Shown: in pieces, positions 47,903-58,557 of the stretch
Layout: the number at the start of each line of letters is the position of its first letter
Numbering within the stretch: the stretch's first letter is position 1
IMG/VR virus record: IMGVR_UViG_3300043409_002154
Span: 54,664 to 118,663 of that record
Origin: a virus
Length of the DNA stretch: 64,000 bases
Strand: one strand, 5' to 3'
The notes under the pieces: model-generated
Told to the model about the DNA's origin: nothing
Databases searched by the model: none
What the model saw: only the letters and a program-made list of their open reading frames with translations
Translations under genes and position numbers: made by a program

Positions 47903-48654
47903 TGTTAGAAAATATAACAGTCACCGGAAATACTGAAAATGAGGTAAAGAAAAAAGGGAGAAAACCAACCCAAGTTAATTATTTTGATGTTAAAGAAGAG
48001 TTAGCAGTTGTTGCATTTATAAATGCTAAAACATACGAAGAGAAAAATAAAATATATAACGAATCTTTACTAAAACCTTTAGATAAAATGATATCTTCAA
48101 TTATAAGAAGGTATAAACTTTATAGAAGAGATATGAATTTTAATGAAATTCATACAGACACTCATTCATTTTTAATGACAAAGATGGATAAGTTTAAACC
48201 CGCAAAAGAAAAAAAGGCATATTCTTATTTTGGGACCATCTGTAAAAACTATCTTATGGGTCAAATTATTAAAGACCAAAAAGAATTTAATAGAAAAATA
48301 TCTTATGAAGATATTTCATCTTCAATTGAAAATAATGAAAGTTATTCTTATGAAATTGATTCGGATTTTTTTGATACCGAATCAATTATTAAAACTTTTT
48401 TATTAGAATTAGAAAATTTTATGAAAACCGAAAATTTAAATCCTAACGAACAAAAATTAGGTTTGGCTCTTTTCGATTTATTTGAAAATTACGAGTCTAT
48501 TTTTATTGGTAGTGGGAATAATAAATTTAATAAAAACATTGTTTTATTATCTCTTAGAGAAATGACAAATTTAAACACAAAAGAAATTAGAAGTTCAATA
48601 AGAAAATTTAGAAATTTATATTATGAGTTAGTTACTAAACTTATAAAACAATAA
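47902..48654 (+). CDS. Phage sigma-factor-like protein (gp55-like)
   Basis: KFKPAKEKKAYSYFGTICKN resembles sigma region 2; basic helical C-terminus. Confidence 0.65.
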   Translation: MLENITVTGNTENEVKKKGRKPTQVNYFDVKEELAVVAFINAKTYEEKNKIYNESLLKPLDKMISSIIRRYKLYRRDMNFNEIHTDTHSFLMTKMDKFKPAKEKKAYSYFGTICKNYLMGQIIKDQKEFNRKISYEDISSSIENNESYSYEIDSDFFDTESIIKTFLLELENFMKTENLNPNEQKLGLALFDLFENYESIFIGSGNNKFNKNIVLLSLREMTNLNTKEIRSSIRKFRNLYYELVTKLIKQ

Positions 48655-48671
48655 AACAAATATTTATTGTT

Positions 48672-49043
48672 ATGGGAAGACCTCAAAAAAAAGAAATTAA
48701 TTTAACTAAAGATTCAATACTATCTCTTATGCAAGAAATATATAATGAATTAGTTGAACAAAGAAATACTGCAATTAGAATACAAAATAAAATGCTATCT
48801 TTAATGAAAGATTCTGAAGATATGCAAACTATAGGTCCTATTATTAAAGAACAACAAAAAATAGTTAACGATTGTGTTGAAAAAAAATTAACACTGTCTA
48901 AATTACAATCATCTATTTGGGAAAAATCTTCGAAATCAACCGAATCGTTTTCTATTACTGATATGGACATGAATGATGATTTAATTAAAGATTTAATTGA
49001 TAAAGATTTAACAAATATCAATAAAACTTATAAAATGAAATAA
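48672..49043 (+). CDS. Hypothetical coiled-coil protein
   Basis: 123-aa ORF preceded by the TATTTAT motif. Confidence 0.6.
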   Translation: MGRPQKKEINLTKDSILSLMQEIYNELVEQRNTAIRIQNKMLSLMKDSEDMQTIGPIIKEQQKIVNDCVEKKLTLSKLQSSIWEKSSKSTESFSITDMDMNDDLIKDLIDKDLTNINKTYKMK

Positions 49044-49049
49044 TTTAAC

Positions 49050-51038
49050 ATGGCAAAAGCTAACGAACCTCTTGATTTAAAAGATTCTTACCAAAAGGCT
49101 CAAAATGAAATTAATGCCGTTAAAACATATATTGCATTAAAAGACCAATATAAAGACGCCGCTCGTTCTGTCGGAAATTCATTTGAAGAGGCATCTTCAA
49201 AACTTGCTGAAAGTATTAATGGTTTTTCGGAAAGGTCAAAAACAATTAAACAAAACGTTAAATCCCAATTTGAAGAATTACTTGATATTAATAAGATAAC
49301 TGGTGGTTATGGTAATTCATCAAAATACATCAAAAAATTATTAATAATTGCTTTAAAAAATATTAAACCAAAAATTTTAGAAATCTTAGTTGAAGAAACA
49401 ATTAATATCACTGGTTGTGACCAAAACAAACAAATAGGGAGTTCTCAAGCAGTTCTTAATCCTCCACCTGTTCCTTTCCCTACACCTCCTATCTCAGTAG
49501 GATACGCAGGCCAAGTAATATATATGAATGTTGAATCTGTTGATATTGGAAAACTATTAAAGATTGACCCAAATTCAAAAGTTGGAGAAATTCTATATGA
49601 ACCAAAACCACTTCAAATACAGAGTAATCCTTTTTCAATGAATAGGGAACTGCATGATTTAATTCAAACTGGCGAAGCTTATTCGGCAACATATAATAAA
49701 CAATACATTGGAAGTTCTGGACAACCTTTATTTGACATACAATATGTTACAGAAAAAACGGAAAATAATTTTACAGAATATGGTCATTTTTTTAAAATAA
49801 CAATTATTAACCGTATAGGAATAGAGGGGTTACAAGGATTTATACGAGATTATTATTCAACAATTGAGCCTTATGAATTTCAATCAGTCATTTCAAGAAT
49901 TTTTGATTCTATGTTAAATTGTATTAAAATTGATGCTAATATTGGAGTTTCACAGACTAAAGACATGAGCGCTTTTAGTTTACTTATAGCGAGAATATTT
50001 GGATTATGTTCAGATAATGACACTGAAATAAATGTAAGTGGTATTTCAAAAGCGGGTGAATTAGATGGTCCAATTAATGACTCATTTTTTAATTTATCAC
50101 CAATCGATTTAAGAAATATTGACCAAACAGTAAGTAATGTACAAAATAAAGTTATTCAATTTGTAGATTGTGGTAACGTAAATATACCAGTTAATTCCAC
50201 ACAAATAATTGAAAGTTTATCACAATTAAACTTTTTAGATGGGGATGCTTTAATAAAAAAAACAGAAGATTTAAGTAATGTAATATCAAATGACCCTCTA
50301 TTAAACGCATTATCACTTAATGCAGATATTAAAGCGTCAATTGATACCGATTTTATAAAACAAATGATTCAAGGGTTAGTTTCAGCGTTATTTTCACCAA
50401 AAGTTATCTTAGGTTTAATTTTACCTTTAAAACTAGTAAATGTTGATATAAATTTTAAAACGTATGTACAATTTATGAAAGACTTTAGTAAATATGTTAT
50501 AAAGGTAATAGGAAGAATTGGAGCGTTATTAGTTAAAGAAATTGTAGATGTAATAAAAAAAGATTTATTCAATCTTTTACAAGTTATAATTGTTGATTTA
50601 GCTAAAGAAAAGGCGGATAAAAGAATTATAATGGTTTTAAAATTAGTTCAATTATTAAATACTTTAGCATCATTTATTAGTGATTATAGAAAATGTAAAA
50701 GTGTCATTGACGATATTCTTAAATTTATAAAAATAGCCTTAACTGGAACTCCATTTGACCTTCCATTACCATTATTATACGCTTGTGCACTATTACCAGG
50801 ATTTTCTTCAATAAGAGCAAATGTAAACATAATTAAAGAACTACAAAAAGTTGCTTATAATACCTCATCATTACCAAGCGGGGCCCCAAATAAAGATTTA
50901 TTATCAAAACAATCACTTGTTAAAGGTTATTCTGACGAATTTGCTGAAAATAATAAAGTTTCTATTGGACTTCCTCCAATACCTGTTGGTCTTGTTGTAT
51001 CGTCACCAATGCCAGTTCCATTTGGAAAATGTTTTTAA
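49050..51038 (+). CDS. Large hypothetical protein (probably virion/baseplate)
   Basis: 662 aa, located upstream of the gp5-like gene. Confidence 0.55.
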   Translation: MAKANEPLDLKDSYQKAQNEINAVKTYIALKDQYKDAARSVGNSFEEASSKLAESINGFSERSKTIKQNVKSQFEELLDINKITGGYGNSSKYIKKLLIIALKNIKPKILEILVEETINITGCDQNKQIGSSQAVLNPPPVPFPTPPISVGYAGQVIYMNVESVDIGKLLKIDPNSKVGEILYEPKPLQIQSNPFSMNRELHDLIQTGEAYSATYNKQYIGSSGQPLFDIQYVTEKTENNFTEYGHFFKITIINRIGIEGLQGFIRDYYSTIEPYEFQSVISRIFDSMLNCIKIDANIGVSQTKDMSAFSLLIARIFGLCSDNDTEINVSGISKAGELDGPINDSFFNLSPIDLRNIDQTVSNVQNKVIQFVDCGNVNIPVNSTQIIESLSQLNFLDGDALIKKTEDLSNVISNDPLLNALSLNADIKASIDTDFIKQMIQGLVSALFSPKVILGLILPLKLVNVDINFKTYVQFMKDFSKYVIKVIGRIGALLVKEIVDVIKKDLFNLLQVIIVDLAKEKADKRIIMVLKLVQLLNTLASFISDYRKCKSVIDDILKFIKIALTGTPFDLPLPLLYACALLPGFSSIRANVNIIKELQKVAYNTSSLPSGAPNKDLLSKQSLVKGYSDEFAENNKVSIGLPPIPVGLVVSSPMPVPFGKCF

Positions 51039-51043
51039 ATTAT

Positions 51044-51253
51044 ATGAAAGAAGAATCTAAAAAAGCGTTAGAAATTATTAAAAATTATAAATCTTCACCA
51101 AATAAAGATTTAATTTTTATTTTAGAAAAATTACAAGATGATTTTGACCAAACAAAAAATGCAATTATTAAACTTACACATCATTTAGATAAAGTAGAAA
51201 TAACTTATAATTCAATATTAACTGAATATAAAAAAAGAACAAATACTGAATAA
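51044..51253 (+). CDS. Small coiled-coil hypothetical protein
   Basis: MKEESKK... ORF; likely ATG at 51044. Confidence 0.55.
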   Translation: MKEESKKALEIIKNYKSSPNKDLIFILEKLQDDFDQTKNAIIKLTHHLDKVEITYNSILTEYKKRTNTE

Positions 51254-52842
51254 TGAATATTACCGAATTAAATCACCATCAAATTATATTTCAAGCTAGG
51301 GTTGAAGATTCTGAAGACCCTACAATGTTAGGTAGAGTTAGAGCGGTTTTAACATCAAATGAAGACCAATCCGCAATTACTAAAGGGGTTGATTGGAATC
51401 CTGAAAAAGATAAGTGGACAACTAAAGACCCTTTTATTTTTTTACCAATATTACCGTTTTTTTTATCTCAAATACCAAAAAAAAATGAATTAATAAACGT
51501 TATATTTCAAAATAAACAATCACCATTAGAAAATAAGTTCTATATTCAAGGTCCATTTTCGTCGCCATTACGTACAATTTTTGAAGAATCTAACGGAGCT
51601 CAGACATTCTTAGCTTATGGTGATAGGGTTAAAAAATCCCCAACCATTAGAAATCAAAACGGTAGTTATAACGTTGGAACTGAAGGGATTTATATAAAAC
51701 CTGGAGATGTTGGAATTATGGGTAGAGGAACTTCTGATTTAATTTTAAAAGAAAATGAAGTAATTCTTAGAGCTGGTAAAATTAAATCACTTAACATTAA
51801 CCCACCATTAAAATTCCCTGAAATAAATAAAAATAGGGGGTTTTTACAATTATCATATTTTAGTCAAAATAGAGTGTTAAAAAACACTAAAACAAAAAAC
51901 AACATAATTGAAACCCCATTAAAAGTAAAAAAAATAATAATTTGGAATATTTTAAATTTAGAAAATGTTAATCCAAATGAAGACGGTACAATTGGAATTT
52001 TTAATGGTAGCGTTGGGCTTTATAATGTAGTTTCCTCAGAAAAAACAACAACTAAAACATTTGCGCAGGACACAATTAATGATTTAGAAGTTGGAAAAGA
52101 TTTTTCAGGACCAATTGAAGAAATTAATTTTACCGAAAAAACTTTAAATGATGCGATTTTAATTATTAATAATTTTATTTTTAGTTTATTTACTAGTTCA
52201 ATACAATTTAACGATTATCCGGTTAGAGATACATTTAATTTTAAAAATGGTTTCCCATTTGTTGTTACTCCATCTAAAATAACTTATATGTCTGGAGGGG
52301 TTAATAGTACTCCAACAAACGCCGAACAAATATATAAAAAAAGAAATTATAATGCGATATCTAATAAAATAAAACTTGATAATAATTTTAATGGTTTTTT
52401 TATTGTTTCGTCAAATAATAATAATATGCCTGAATACGGAACTCCAACGAGCGTTGAAAAGAATGTTGTTAAACAATATGATTGGGAGAAAGACCCAAAA
52501 AGTTATGGGATATTAGGGTCTCAAAAAATTTATTTATTATCTCAAGATTCTAAAAGTAATCGAGGAATAATTGATTTACAAAACACAATATATGGTATAA
52601 GTCAAGAAAATTTTTTATCTGGGGAAAACGCAATTGATTTAAAAACTTTTAGTTCTGTAAGAGGGGAAGAACTACTTCAATTATTATCAAAAATAGTGTC
52701 TTTCTTAGTTGGACATGTTCATAACCCTGTTGAACCACCTGACTCAGTTTCAACTGGAAATGGTGTTACAGTCAAAGATTTACAAAAAGCCTTACAATCT
52801 GCGAATGATGTAATTCTTAATCAAAATATTAGGATTAACTAA
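51253..52842 (+). CDS. Baseplate central spike/hub (gp5/VgrG-like OB fold)
   Basis: VEDSEDPTMLGRVRA, IPKKNELINV, GRGTSDLIL, and C-terminal RGEEL..GHVH (spike-tip HxH). Confidence 0.7.
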   Translation: MNITELNHHQIIFQARVEDSEDPTMLGRVRAVLTSNEDQSAITKGVDWNPEKDKWTTKDPFIFLPILPFFLSQIPKKNELINVIFQNKQSPLENKFYIQGPFSSPLRTIFEESNGAQTFLAYGDRVKKSPTIRNQNGSYNVGTEGIYIKPGDVGIMGRGTSDLILKENEVILRAGKIKSLNINPPLKFPEINKNRGFLQLSYFSQNRVLKNTKTKNNIIETPLKVKKIIIWNILNLENVNPNEDGTIGIFNGSVGLYNVVSSEKTTTKTFAQDTINDLEVGKDFSGPIEEINFTEKTLNDAILIINNFIFSLFTSSIQFNDYPVRDTFNFKNGFPFVVTPSKITYMSGGVNSTPTNAEQIYKKRNYNAISNKIKLDNNFNGFFIVSSNNNNMPEYGTPTSVEKNVVKQYDWEKDPKSYGILGSQKIYLLSQDSKSNRGIIDLQNTIYGISQENFLSGENAIDLKTFSSVRGEELLQLLSKIVSFLVGHVHNPVEPPDSVSTGNGVTVKDLQKALQSANDVILNQNIRIN

Positions 52843-52861
52843 TATTTATTAAGAAAACGAA

Positions 52862-54310
52862 ATGTCAATTAATAATTCTTATTTTAACAAAAATAACACA
52901 CTTATTTCAAGGAGTTATACTAATACAGGTAGAAACCCTGTTACTGAAATTTTTTATGGTTCTTTACCAACGTCTGATTATCCAAATGGATATAGTCGTT
53001 TCATTTTTAATTTAGATTTAGACTTATTAAAATCTAAAGTTCAAGATGGTACTATTTTTACTGGTAATACCTCAACAATTACACATACTTTACGGATGAC
53101 AAATACTGTCGCATTTAATCCAGACACACTTAATACCACAACTTCACAAGCAAGACAAAGAGCAACATCTTTTGACTTGATTCTTTTTAGAATACCAAAC
53201 GCTCAATATTGGGATGAAGGGGTTGGATATGATTTTGCCGATTTAAAATATAACTACGTAGTAGATAAAAATTTTTCAAATAGACCTTCTAATTGGTATC
53301 AAACAACCACACTTAGTGCTTGGACTGAAAATGGGATTTATAGTAACGATAATACCGGAACTATAAATTATAGCGGGTTAACAATAGTTGATATTCAAAC
53401 ATTTGAATTTGGAAATGAAAATATATCGTTTGACATGTCAAATGAGATTGCGTCAATATTAGATGGTTCATTGCCACTAATTTCAGGTTGGGGAATAGCA
53501 TTTAAACCTCAAATTGAAAACTTAACAGGTCTAACAGACGCGTATGAAGTTTCATTTTTTACTAGGCATACTCAAACATTTTATGAACCGTTTCTTGAAT
53601 CATCGTATGATGATTTAATTCAAGATGACAGAAATTTATTTACTCAAGGTAAATTAAATAAACTTTATTTATATCTATACGATAACGGAACTCCATTTAA
53701 TTTAGATTATATACCATCAGTTGACATTTTAGATAACGTAGGTGACGCAATACCCGGTTTAACAGGGTTAACTCCTTCTCTTAGAACAAAAGGTGTTTAT
53801 GAAGTAGTAATCCCGGCATTAATAGGTTATAAAACACCTTGTACGTTTTCAGACAAATGGTATGATATGACTTTAAATGGTTTTAATTTACCAAATGTAA
53901 CTAATGATTTTGTAATTTATGCCATGAAAAATTCATTACAAATCGGTACTAGTACAACTGAACCAAAAATTTATGGGTTTGATTATTATGGTATTAAACA
54001 AGATGAAAAAATTTATAATACCGATATTAGAAAAGTGGGGGTTATTATTAAACAAGCCTATTCCACTCAAAAATTACTTCAGAAAATTAACGCTTTTTAT
54101 CGCGTTTATGTTAAAGAAGGGCAAACTGAAGTTAAAGTTCAGGATTGGACAAAAATAAATAAAACTCCTAACGAATATTATTTTATTTTTGATACTAGAG
54201 ATAAAATACCTAACGAATATTATATTGATATTAAAGTAGAAAGTACTGGAGAAATAAACACATATAAACAACAAATAAAATTCCAGATTGTTAATATAAA
54301 AAAAGATTAA
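52862..54310 (+). CDS. Putative virion structural protein
   Basis: 482-aa beta-rich ORF (WDEGVGYD, FYEPFLE) following the gp5-like gene. Confidence 0.55.
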   Translation: MSINNSYFNKNNTLISRSYTNTGRNPVTEIFYGSLPTSDYPNGYSRFIFNLDLDLLKSKVQDGTIFTGNTSTITHTLRMTNTVAFNPDTLNTTTSQARQRATSFDLILFRIPNAQYWDEGVGYDFADLKYNYVVDKNFSNRPSNWYQTTTLSAWTENGIYSNDNTGTINYSGLTIVDIQTFEFGNENISFDMSNEIASILDGSLPLISGWGIAFKPQIENLTGLTDAYEVSFFTRHTQTFYEPFLESSYDDLIQDDRNLFTQGKLNKLYLYLYDNGTPFNLDYIPSVDILDNVGDAIPGLTGLTPSLRTKGVYEVVIPALIGYKTPCTFSDKWYDMTLNGFNLPNVTNDFVIYAMKNSLQIGTSTTEPKIYGFDYYGIKQDEKIYNTDIRKVGVIIKQAYSTQKLLQKINAFYRVYVKEGQTEVKVQDWTKINKTPNEYYFIFDTRDKIPNEYYIDIKVESTGEINTYKQQIKFQIVNIKKD

Positions 54311-54373
54311 AATAAATTAAACTACACAAGTAAATATTTTTAATTAAACGTATATTTATAAATAAAAATTAAG

Positions 54374-54934
54374 ATGACTCCAACGCCTTCTATAACTCCA
54401 ACAATAACTCCAACAATTTCTGTTACCCCAACAATTACGCCCACAAAAACTGTTACCCCAACAATTACACCCACAAAAACCACAACTCCAACAATAACGC
54501 CAACAATTTCTGTTACTCCAACTCATACTCCAACACCTACTCCATCAGCAACTCCATTATATAACGTGTTAGTTACTGCTACAACATGTCATGGTGAAGT
54601 CATAAATTATGTTATTGATAGTCGAGAGATAACAGATACCAAAGTTTATCAACTAAGTAACGGAATTTGTGTAACATTAAATACTGGGGCTCGTACCACA
54701 CAATCATCAACAATGTCGTTTTCATATGGTCCTTATAATAGTTGTACTGAATGTTACACCCCATTAAGTGCAGATACATCACAAAACGGTTCAATTTTTT
54801 GTAATCAAGATACTTACACTGGAAACACTGCAAGTAAAGTTTACGCACCATCACCTATTTACACAAACGAACTTGGTAAATCGGTGGTACAATTAAATGC
54901 TGTTGTTATTGGCGGAAACGGATTAAACGGTTAA
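54374..54934 (+). CDS. Pro/Thr-repeat (mucin-like) protein with a Cys-containing C-terminal domain
   Basis: The first ~60 aa are TPTI/TPTK repeats; C-terminal YGPYNSCTEC. Confidence 0.65.
   Translation: MTPTPSITPTITPTISVTPTITPTKTVTPTITPTKTTTPTITPTISVTPTHTPTPTPSATPLYNVLVTATTCHGEVINYVIDSREITDTKVYQLSNGICVTLNTGARTTQSSTMSFSYGPYNSCTECYTPLSADTSQNGSIFCNQDTYTGNTASKVYAPSPIYTNELGKSVVQLNAVVIGGNGLNG
54377..54556 (+). repeat. Degenerate tandem repeat encoding TPTITPT(I/K)(S/T)V
   Basis: Repeated actccaacaata and tgttaccccaacaattac units. Confidence 0.85.
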
Positions 54935-54948
54935 ATATTTAAAATAAA

Positions 54949-55269
54949 ATGAAAAAAACGATTAGATTAACAGAAACGGATTTAACAAAACTAGTCCAAA
55001 AAATTATTAACGAAACTGAAGAAACTCCTAATTACGAAAAAGGTAAATCTGGAATGAGAGCCGCAAGGTCAAAAGCCGATTTTGAACCTTCACCTAAAGA
55101 AAGTGAAATTATGTCTCAACTTTTTGGTAAATATCAAGACGATATTCCTCCAATTGTTGTTAGATATCTTAGAAAAATGGGGAAAGCTCAGTTAACAAAA
55201 CGTTTAATAAAATTAAACATGATTGATGATAAAACAGTGATTGACGAATTTGACATAACTGAATCTTAA
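54949..55269 (+). CDS. Hypothetical protein with a KKTIRLTETDL..LV.KIINE leader
   Basis: The leader is nearly identical in pattern to that of 56569-56967. Confidence 0.65.
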   Translation: MKKTIRLTETDLTKLVQKIINETEETPNYEKGKSGMRAARSKADFEPSPKESEIMSQLFGKYQDDIPPIVVRYLRKMGKAQLTKRLIKLNMIDDKTVIDEFDITES

Positions 55270-55290
55270 TCCAAAACTTTAATTAACACT

Positions 55291-55776
55291 ATGAAAAATT
55301 TTGAAAATACACTTATTAAAAAACTTGTTAAAAAAGTATTAAATGAGACTCATGAAAAAAACAATGATAGATATATGTTTTTTTCAAATTTAGAACAAAT
55401 TCATAGACAAACCGAAATTTTATTACAAGAAAACGAAGAACAAATTCATAATATATTAGAAAATGGACATGATTGGGCTCAAGACCATATTGCTACCGCA
55501 AAAGAATCTATTGACCAAGTGTTTGATTTTTTAATGAATGAAACAAAATCTTCTGAAAATAACTTTACTGACGATATGAATCACCATGAAGATATTGTGG
55601 GAGAATCAGAAGAATTAACAGAAAAAAAGAAAAAAAACACCGCGACAAATCAAAAATTATGGAAAGCGTCGTTGGCTTGGGCAAAATCTAGATACAAAGT
55701 TTGTCCAAGTGCTTATTGTAATGGAGCGGCAGTCAAACATTACAATAGTAAAGGCGGAAACTGGGTTAAAAAATAA
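55291..55776 (+). CDS. Hypothetical protein
   Basis: DWAQDHI motif and a basic C-terminal PSAYCNG..YNSKGG.W module. Confidence 0.6.
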   Translation: MKNFENTLIKKLVKKVLNETHEKNNDRYMFFSNLEQIHRQTEILLQENEEQIHNILENGHDWAQDHIATAKESIDQVFDFLMNETKSSENNFTDDMNHHEDIVGESEELTEKKKKNTATNQKLWKASLAWAKSRYKVCPSAYCNGAAVKHYNSKGGNWVKK

Positions 55777-55790
55777 TAAAATTTATTTTT

Positions 55791-55821
55791 TTTGATTTAA
55801 TCAAAAAACTTCTTATATTTG
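55791..55821 (+). promoter_or_regulatory. Bacteroidota-type primary sigma promoter
   Basis: TTTG (55791-94), 19-nt spacer, TATATTTG (55814-21). This matches the TTTG-N19-21-TAnnTTTG consensus. Confidence 0.65.
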
Positions 55822-55839
55822 TAGTATATTCTATTACAA

Positions 55840-56268
55840 ATGAAAACCAATTTTAATAAACATAAATTTAGAAGATTTTTACAATCTTTATCGATTAAGT
55901 ATTATAAAATACTGACCCCAAAAGAATTAAAAAAACGAGGTGAGTATGATTATGAATGTTTTGCAATATGTCATAATTTAATGGAGAAAGAATCAACCAG
56001 TTTATTAATATCACCAATTTCAAAAAAAAGATATATTAAAAGCGACGAAAGTCAAATTTTTATAATTATAGAACCCAATCAAATGACAATAGTTAACCAT
56101 AACTACAGTTATAATATTGATATTTGGGGTAGACCTTACGATAAATTAACCCATATTTTTGACCATGAAGTGGAACGTAGACGAGAAAAGATGGAAATGG
56201 AAATAAAATCCAATGTAAAACATTCATTAACTAACATATATCAAAATCTATTCAATGACAAAGTTTGA
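55840..56268 (+). CDS. Hypothetical protein
   Basis: 142-aa ORF downstream of the host-type promoter. Confidence 0.6.
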   Translation: MKTNFNKHKFRRFLQSLSIKYYKILTPKELKKRGEYDYECFAICHNLMEKESTSLLISPISKKRYIKSDESQIFIIIEPNQMTIVNHNYSYNIDIWGRPYDKLTHIFDHEVERRREKMEMEIKSNVKHSLTNIYQNLFNDKV

Positions 56269-56566
56269 TAAACTATTTTATACGGGTGTTTTTTTTATAA
56301 TAATACCAATATTTTTACTTATTCTTGTGATACTATCCAGTAGCGATTTGTCATTAAAAATAAATGAAAAAAAAATAATTGTGTTTGACACAGTTAAAGT
56401 AATTAAATTTGAAACTGGACCTTTAATTAAAACTGATAGTATTAAAGTTCTTAAAAAAACAGTTAAAAAAATTAAAATTAAACAAGATTCTATTCCAAAA
56501 CTAGTTACAGACACAACAATTAATCGTATTTGGTCTAATAAATTAGATTCCGCAATGGTTAAATAA
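56255..56566 (+). CDS. Small membrane-anchored protein
   Basis: Hydrophobic N-terminal segment LFYTGVFFIIIPIFLLILVIL. Confidence 0.55.
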   Translation: MTKFDKLFYTGVFFIIIPIFLLILVILSSSDLSLKINEKKIIVFDTVKVIKFETGPLIKTDSIKVLKKTVKKIKIKQDSIPKLVTDTTINRIWSNKLDSAMVK

Positions 56567-56568
56567 TT

Positions 56569-56967
56569 TTACGAAACGTTTTTAGCTTTTAAATATTGTT
56601 TTTTAACAAATTGTGCTAATTTATCGTTTAATGTTTTAGATTGTTCTTTAAGGTCCTTAAAAAACATCATCAAATTTTCGTAACCCTTAGAATAATTAAA
56701 AGGACTACCAGTTTTAGCAACATAATTTAACATACCATCAACGTCAGTTTGTTTAATATATTTTAAATATTTAGATTCCAAAGCTAAATCAGTAGGAAAA
56801 TTATATTCTAAAAACGCCTCAACTTTTGGTTTTGTTGTTAAATTTTTATTTTTAAATGTAACCCCACCAATAACTAATTCAGGTTTGGTTAAAACATCCT
56901 GTTCTTTTATAACTTTTTTTACTAAATTAATTAAATCGTTTTCGGTTAATTTTATAATTTTTTTCAT
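56569..56967 (-). CDS. Hypothetical protein with a KKIIKLTENDL..LVKKVIKEQ leader
   Basis: Shared leader motif; TATTTAT upstream. Confidence 0.65.
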   Translation of the reverse strand: MKKIIKLTENDLINLVKKVIKEQDVLTKPELVIGGVTFKNKNLTTKPKVEAFLEYNFPTDLALESKYLKYIKQTDVDGMLNYVAKTGSPFNYSKGYENLMMFFKDLKEQSKTLNDKLAQFVKKQYLKAKNVS

Positions 56968-57073
56968 TGTATGACTATTTTATTGATAAATATAATTATT
57001 TTAAAAAAAATCACCGAATTAAAAAATAATTATTATATTTGTATTAATTATTAACCAAATAAAAAAAATACAT

Positions 57074-57655
57074 ATGAAAAATTTAATTTTAACAGTATTA
57101 CTAGTATTAGGAACTAACCTAATTAAAAGTCAAATTTATACCTTAACTATTGATACAATGTTATGTTATAATTACGATATCAAATTTAAAACTTATGACA
57201 ACGCTTTAGACAATAATAATTTAGAAAGAAAGGGGATGTTTGTTTTTACAAATAAATTCGCAAGAACGGTAATTGTTAATTTAAATAATAAAACAGTAAG
57301 ATATTTGACTACTGAAAATAAAAAAGTAATTCAGGATGAAACCGCTCCTATTCTACAAATTAATACTCCACAAACATATGGTCTTGTTGATGTTTTCTAT
57401 GAAGACAGAGACACTAGTGGTAACTTTAGAAAGATGTGGTTAACTATTAATCAAGACGAAACTGAAACTCAATTTAGCGTTTTATACGCAGTTACTGATA
57501 ATATGGAGTACGTTGGAAAATTAACTAAATTTTACGGTAAGTTTGACCATGACGTTAAATACACCGTAGATGCAACTAAAAAACATAATTTTCCATTGAA
57601 TAAACCCTTAGTCCCATCAAAAAGAATTATAACTGTGGACTGTTATAAACATTAA
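57074..57655 (+). CDS. Secreted/periplasmic protein with a Bacteroidota-style signal peptide
   Basis: MKNLILTVLLVLGTNLIKS-Q signal peptide; TATATTTG -7 box at 57034-57041. Confidence 0.6.
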   Translation: MKNLILTVLLVLGTNLIKSQIYTLTIDTMLCYNYDIKFKTYDNALDNNNLERKGMFVFTNKFARTVIVNLNNKTVRYLTTENKKVIQDETAPILQINTPQTYGLVDVFYEDRDTSGNFRKMWLTINQDETETQFSVLYAVTDNMEYVGKLTKFYGKFDHDVKYTVDATKKHNFPLNKPLVPSKRIITVDCYKH

Positions 57656-57661
57656 ATATTG

Positions 57662-58279
57662 TTATTTTTTTCTTGGGTGATATGACACCATTTTAGGAGA
57701 ATTCCCAGTTCCTGTTTTAGGATGGGATTTTTCCGATTTTCTTTTTTGTGAACACGCTGACCTTTTTTGTGAATCACTCATCTTACCCGCAACTCCGGAT
57801 GCTCTACATTTAGGGTAAGCCTTATCAGTCGCCTGATTACGTCCACAAGGAGGGTGTTTTCCGTCTACTTTTTTACATATGTTAACCCAAGGACCTTTTG
57901 GTTGAGAACTCCCCTTAGGTTTAGTTTTTGTCCCAAACCAAACCGCTAAATCTTCACTTATAGTATGAACATCATGTGTAGGTACATCGTATGTGCCATC
58001 AACACCTTTTTCCCACACACCAACATCTCTTTTATGATTATTTTTTAATTGTTTTTGTTTACTAATTTTATTTAATTCATTTTTAATAATTACATCAAAA
58101 GGTGATAATGAAGTTTTATTCCATTTTTTCAAACCAATTTCTAACGGTCCTGTATACTCGCCTGAACTAACGTCATTACTGGTGGCTTCAATAATTATAT
58201 CGTCTTCATCACTACTTGTTGAATTTGTTCTTTGAATTATACTATCAAAAGCAATATCAATTATTGTTTTTTTATCCAT
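57662..58279 (-). CDS. Hypothetical protein with a basic Cys-containing C-terminal domain
   Basis: EDLAVWFG..WVNIC..PCGR..YPKCR..QKRK pattern. Confidence 0.6.
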   Translation of the reverse strand: MDKKTIIDIAFDSIIQRTNSTSSDEDDIIIEATSNDVSSGEYTGPLEIGLKKWNKTSLSPFDVIIKNELNKISKQKQLKNNHKRDVGVWEKGVDGTYDVPTHDVHTISEDLAVWFGTKTKPKGSSQPKGPWVNICKKVDGKHPPCGRNQATDKAYPKCRASGVAGKMSDSQKRSACSQKRKSEKSHPKTGTGNSPKMVSYHPRKK

Positions 58280-58338
58280 TTAAAATATAAATATCTTATT
58301 AATTGATTTAAAATTTTTTTTAACTTATCTTTAATATT

Positions 58339-58557
58339 ATGGAAGAAACTAAAATTTTTGGAAAACTTTTTGATAATATACCTTTATCAGATGAAAATCA
58401 TCTTGATGTTATTCTTAATACGTTAACACCTGAAACCTCAATGTATATTATTGGACAAGCTCTTAATTACGGACTTAAAACAGGAATGTATACTTTTGCT
58501 GAAGCTGAAATATTATCAAAATCACTTAGATGTTTAACAAAAAAAAATAACGATTAA
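58339..58557 (+). CDS. Hypothetical protein
   Basis: 72-aa ORF. Confidence 0.55.
   Translation: MEETKIFGKLFDNIPLSDENHLDVILNTLTPETSMYIIGQALNYGLKTGMYTFAEAEILSKSLRCLTKKNND

Noticed and set aside
54377-54556. CRISPR-like repeat array
   Set aside because: The repeats are codon-phased, degenerate at third positions and lack unique spacers, so they are a coding PT repeat. The same applies to 62974-63100.
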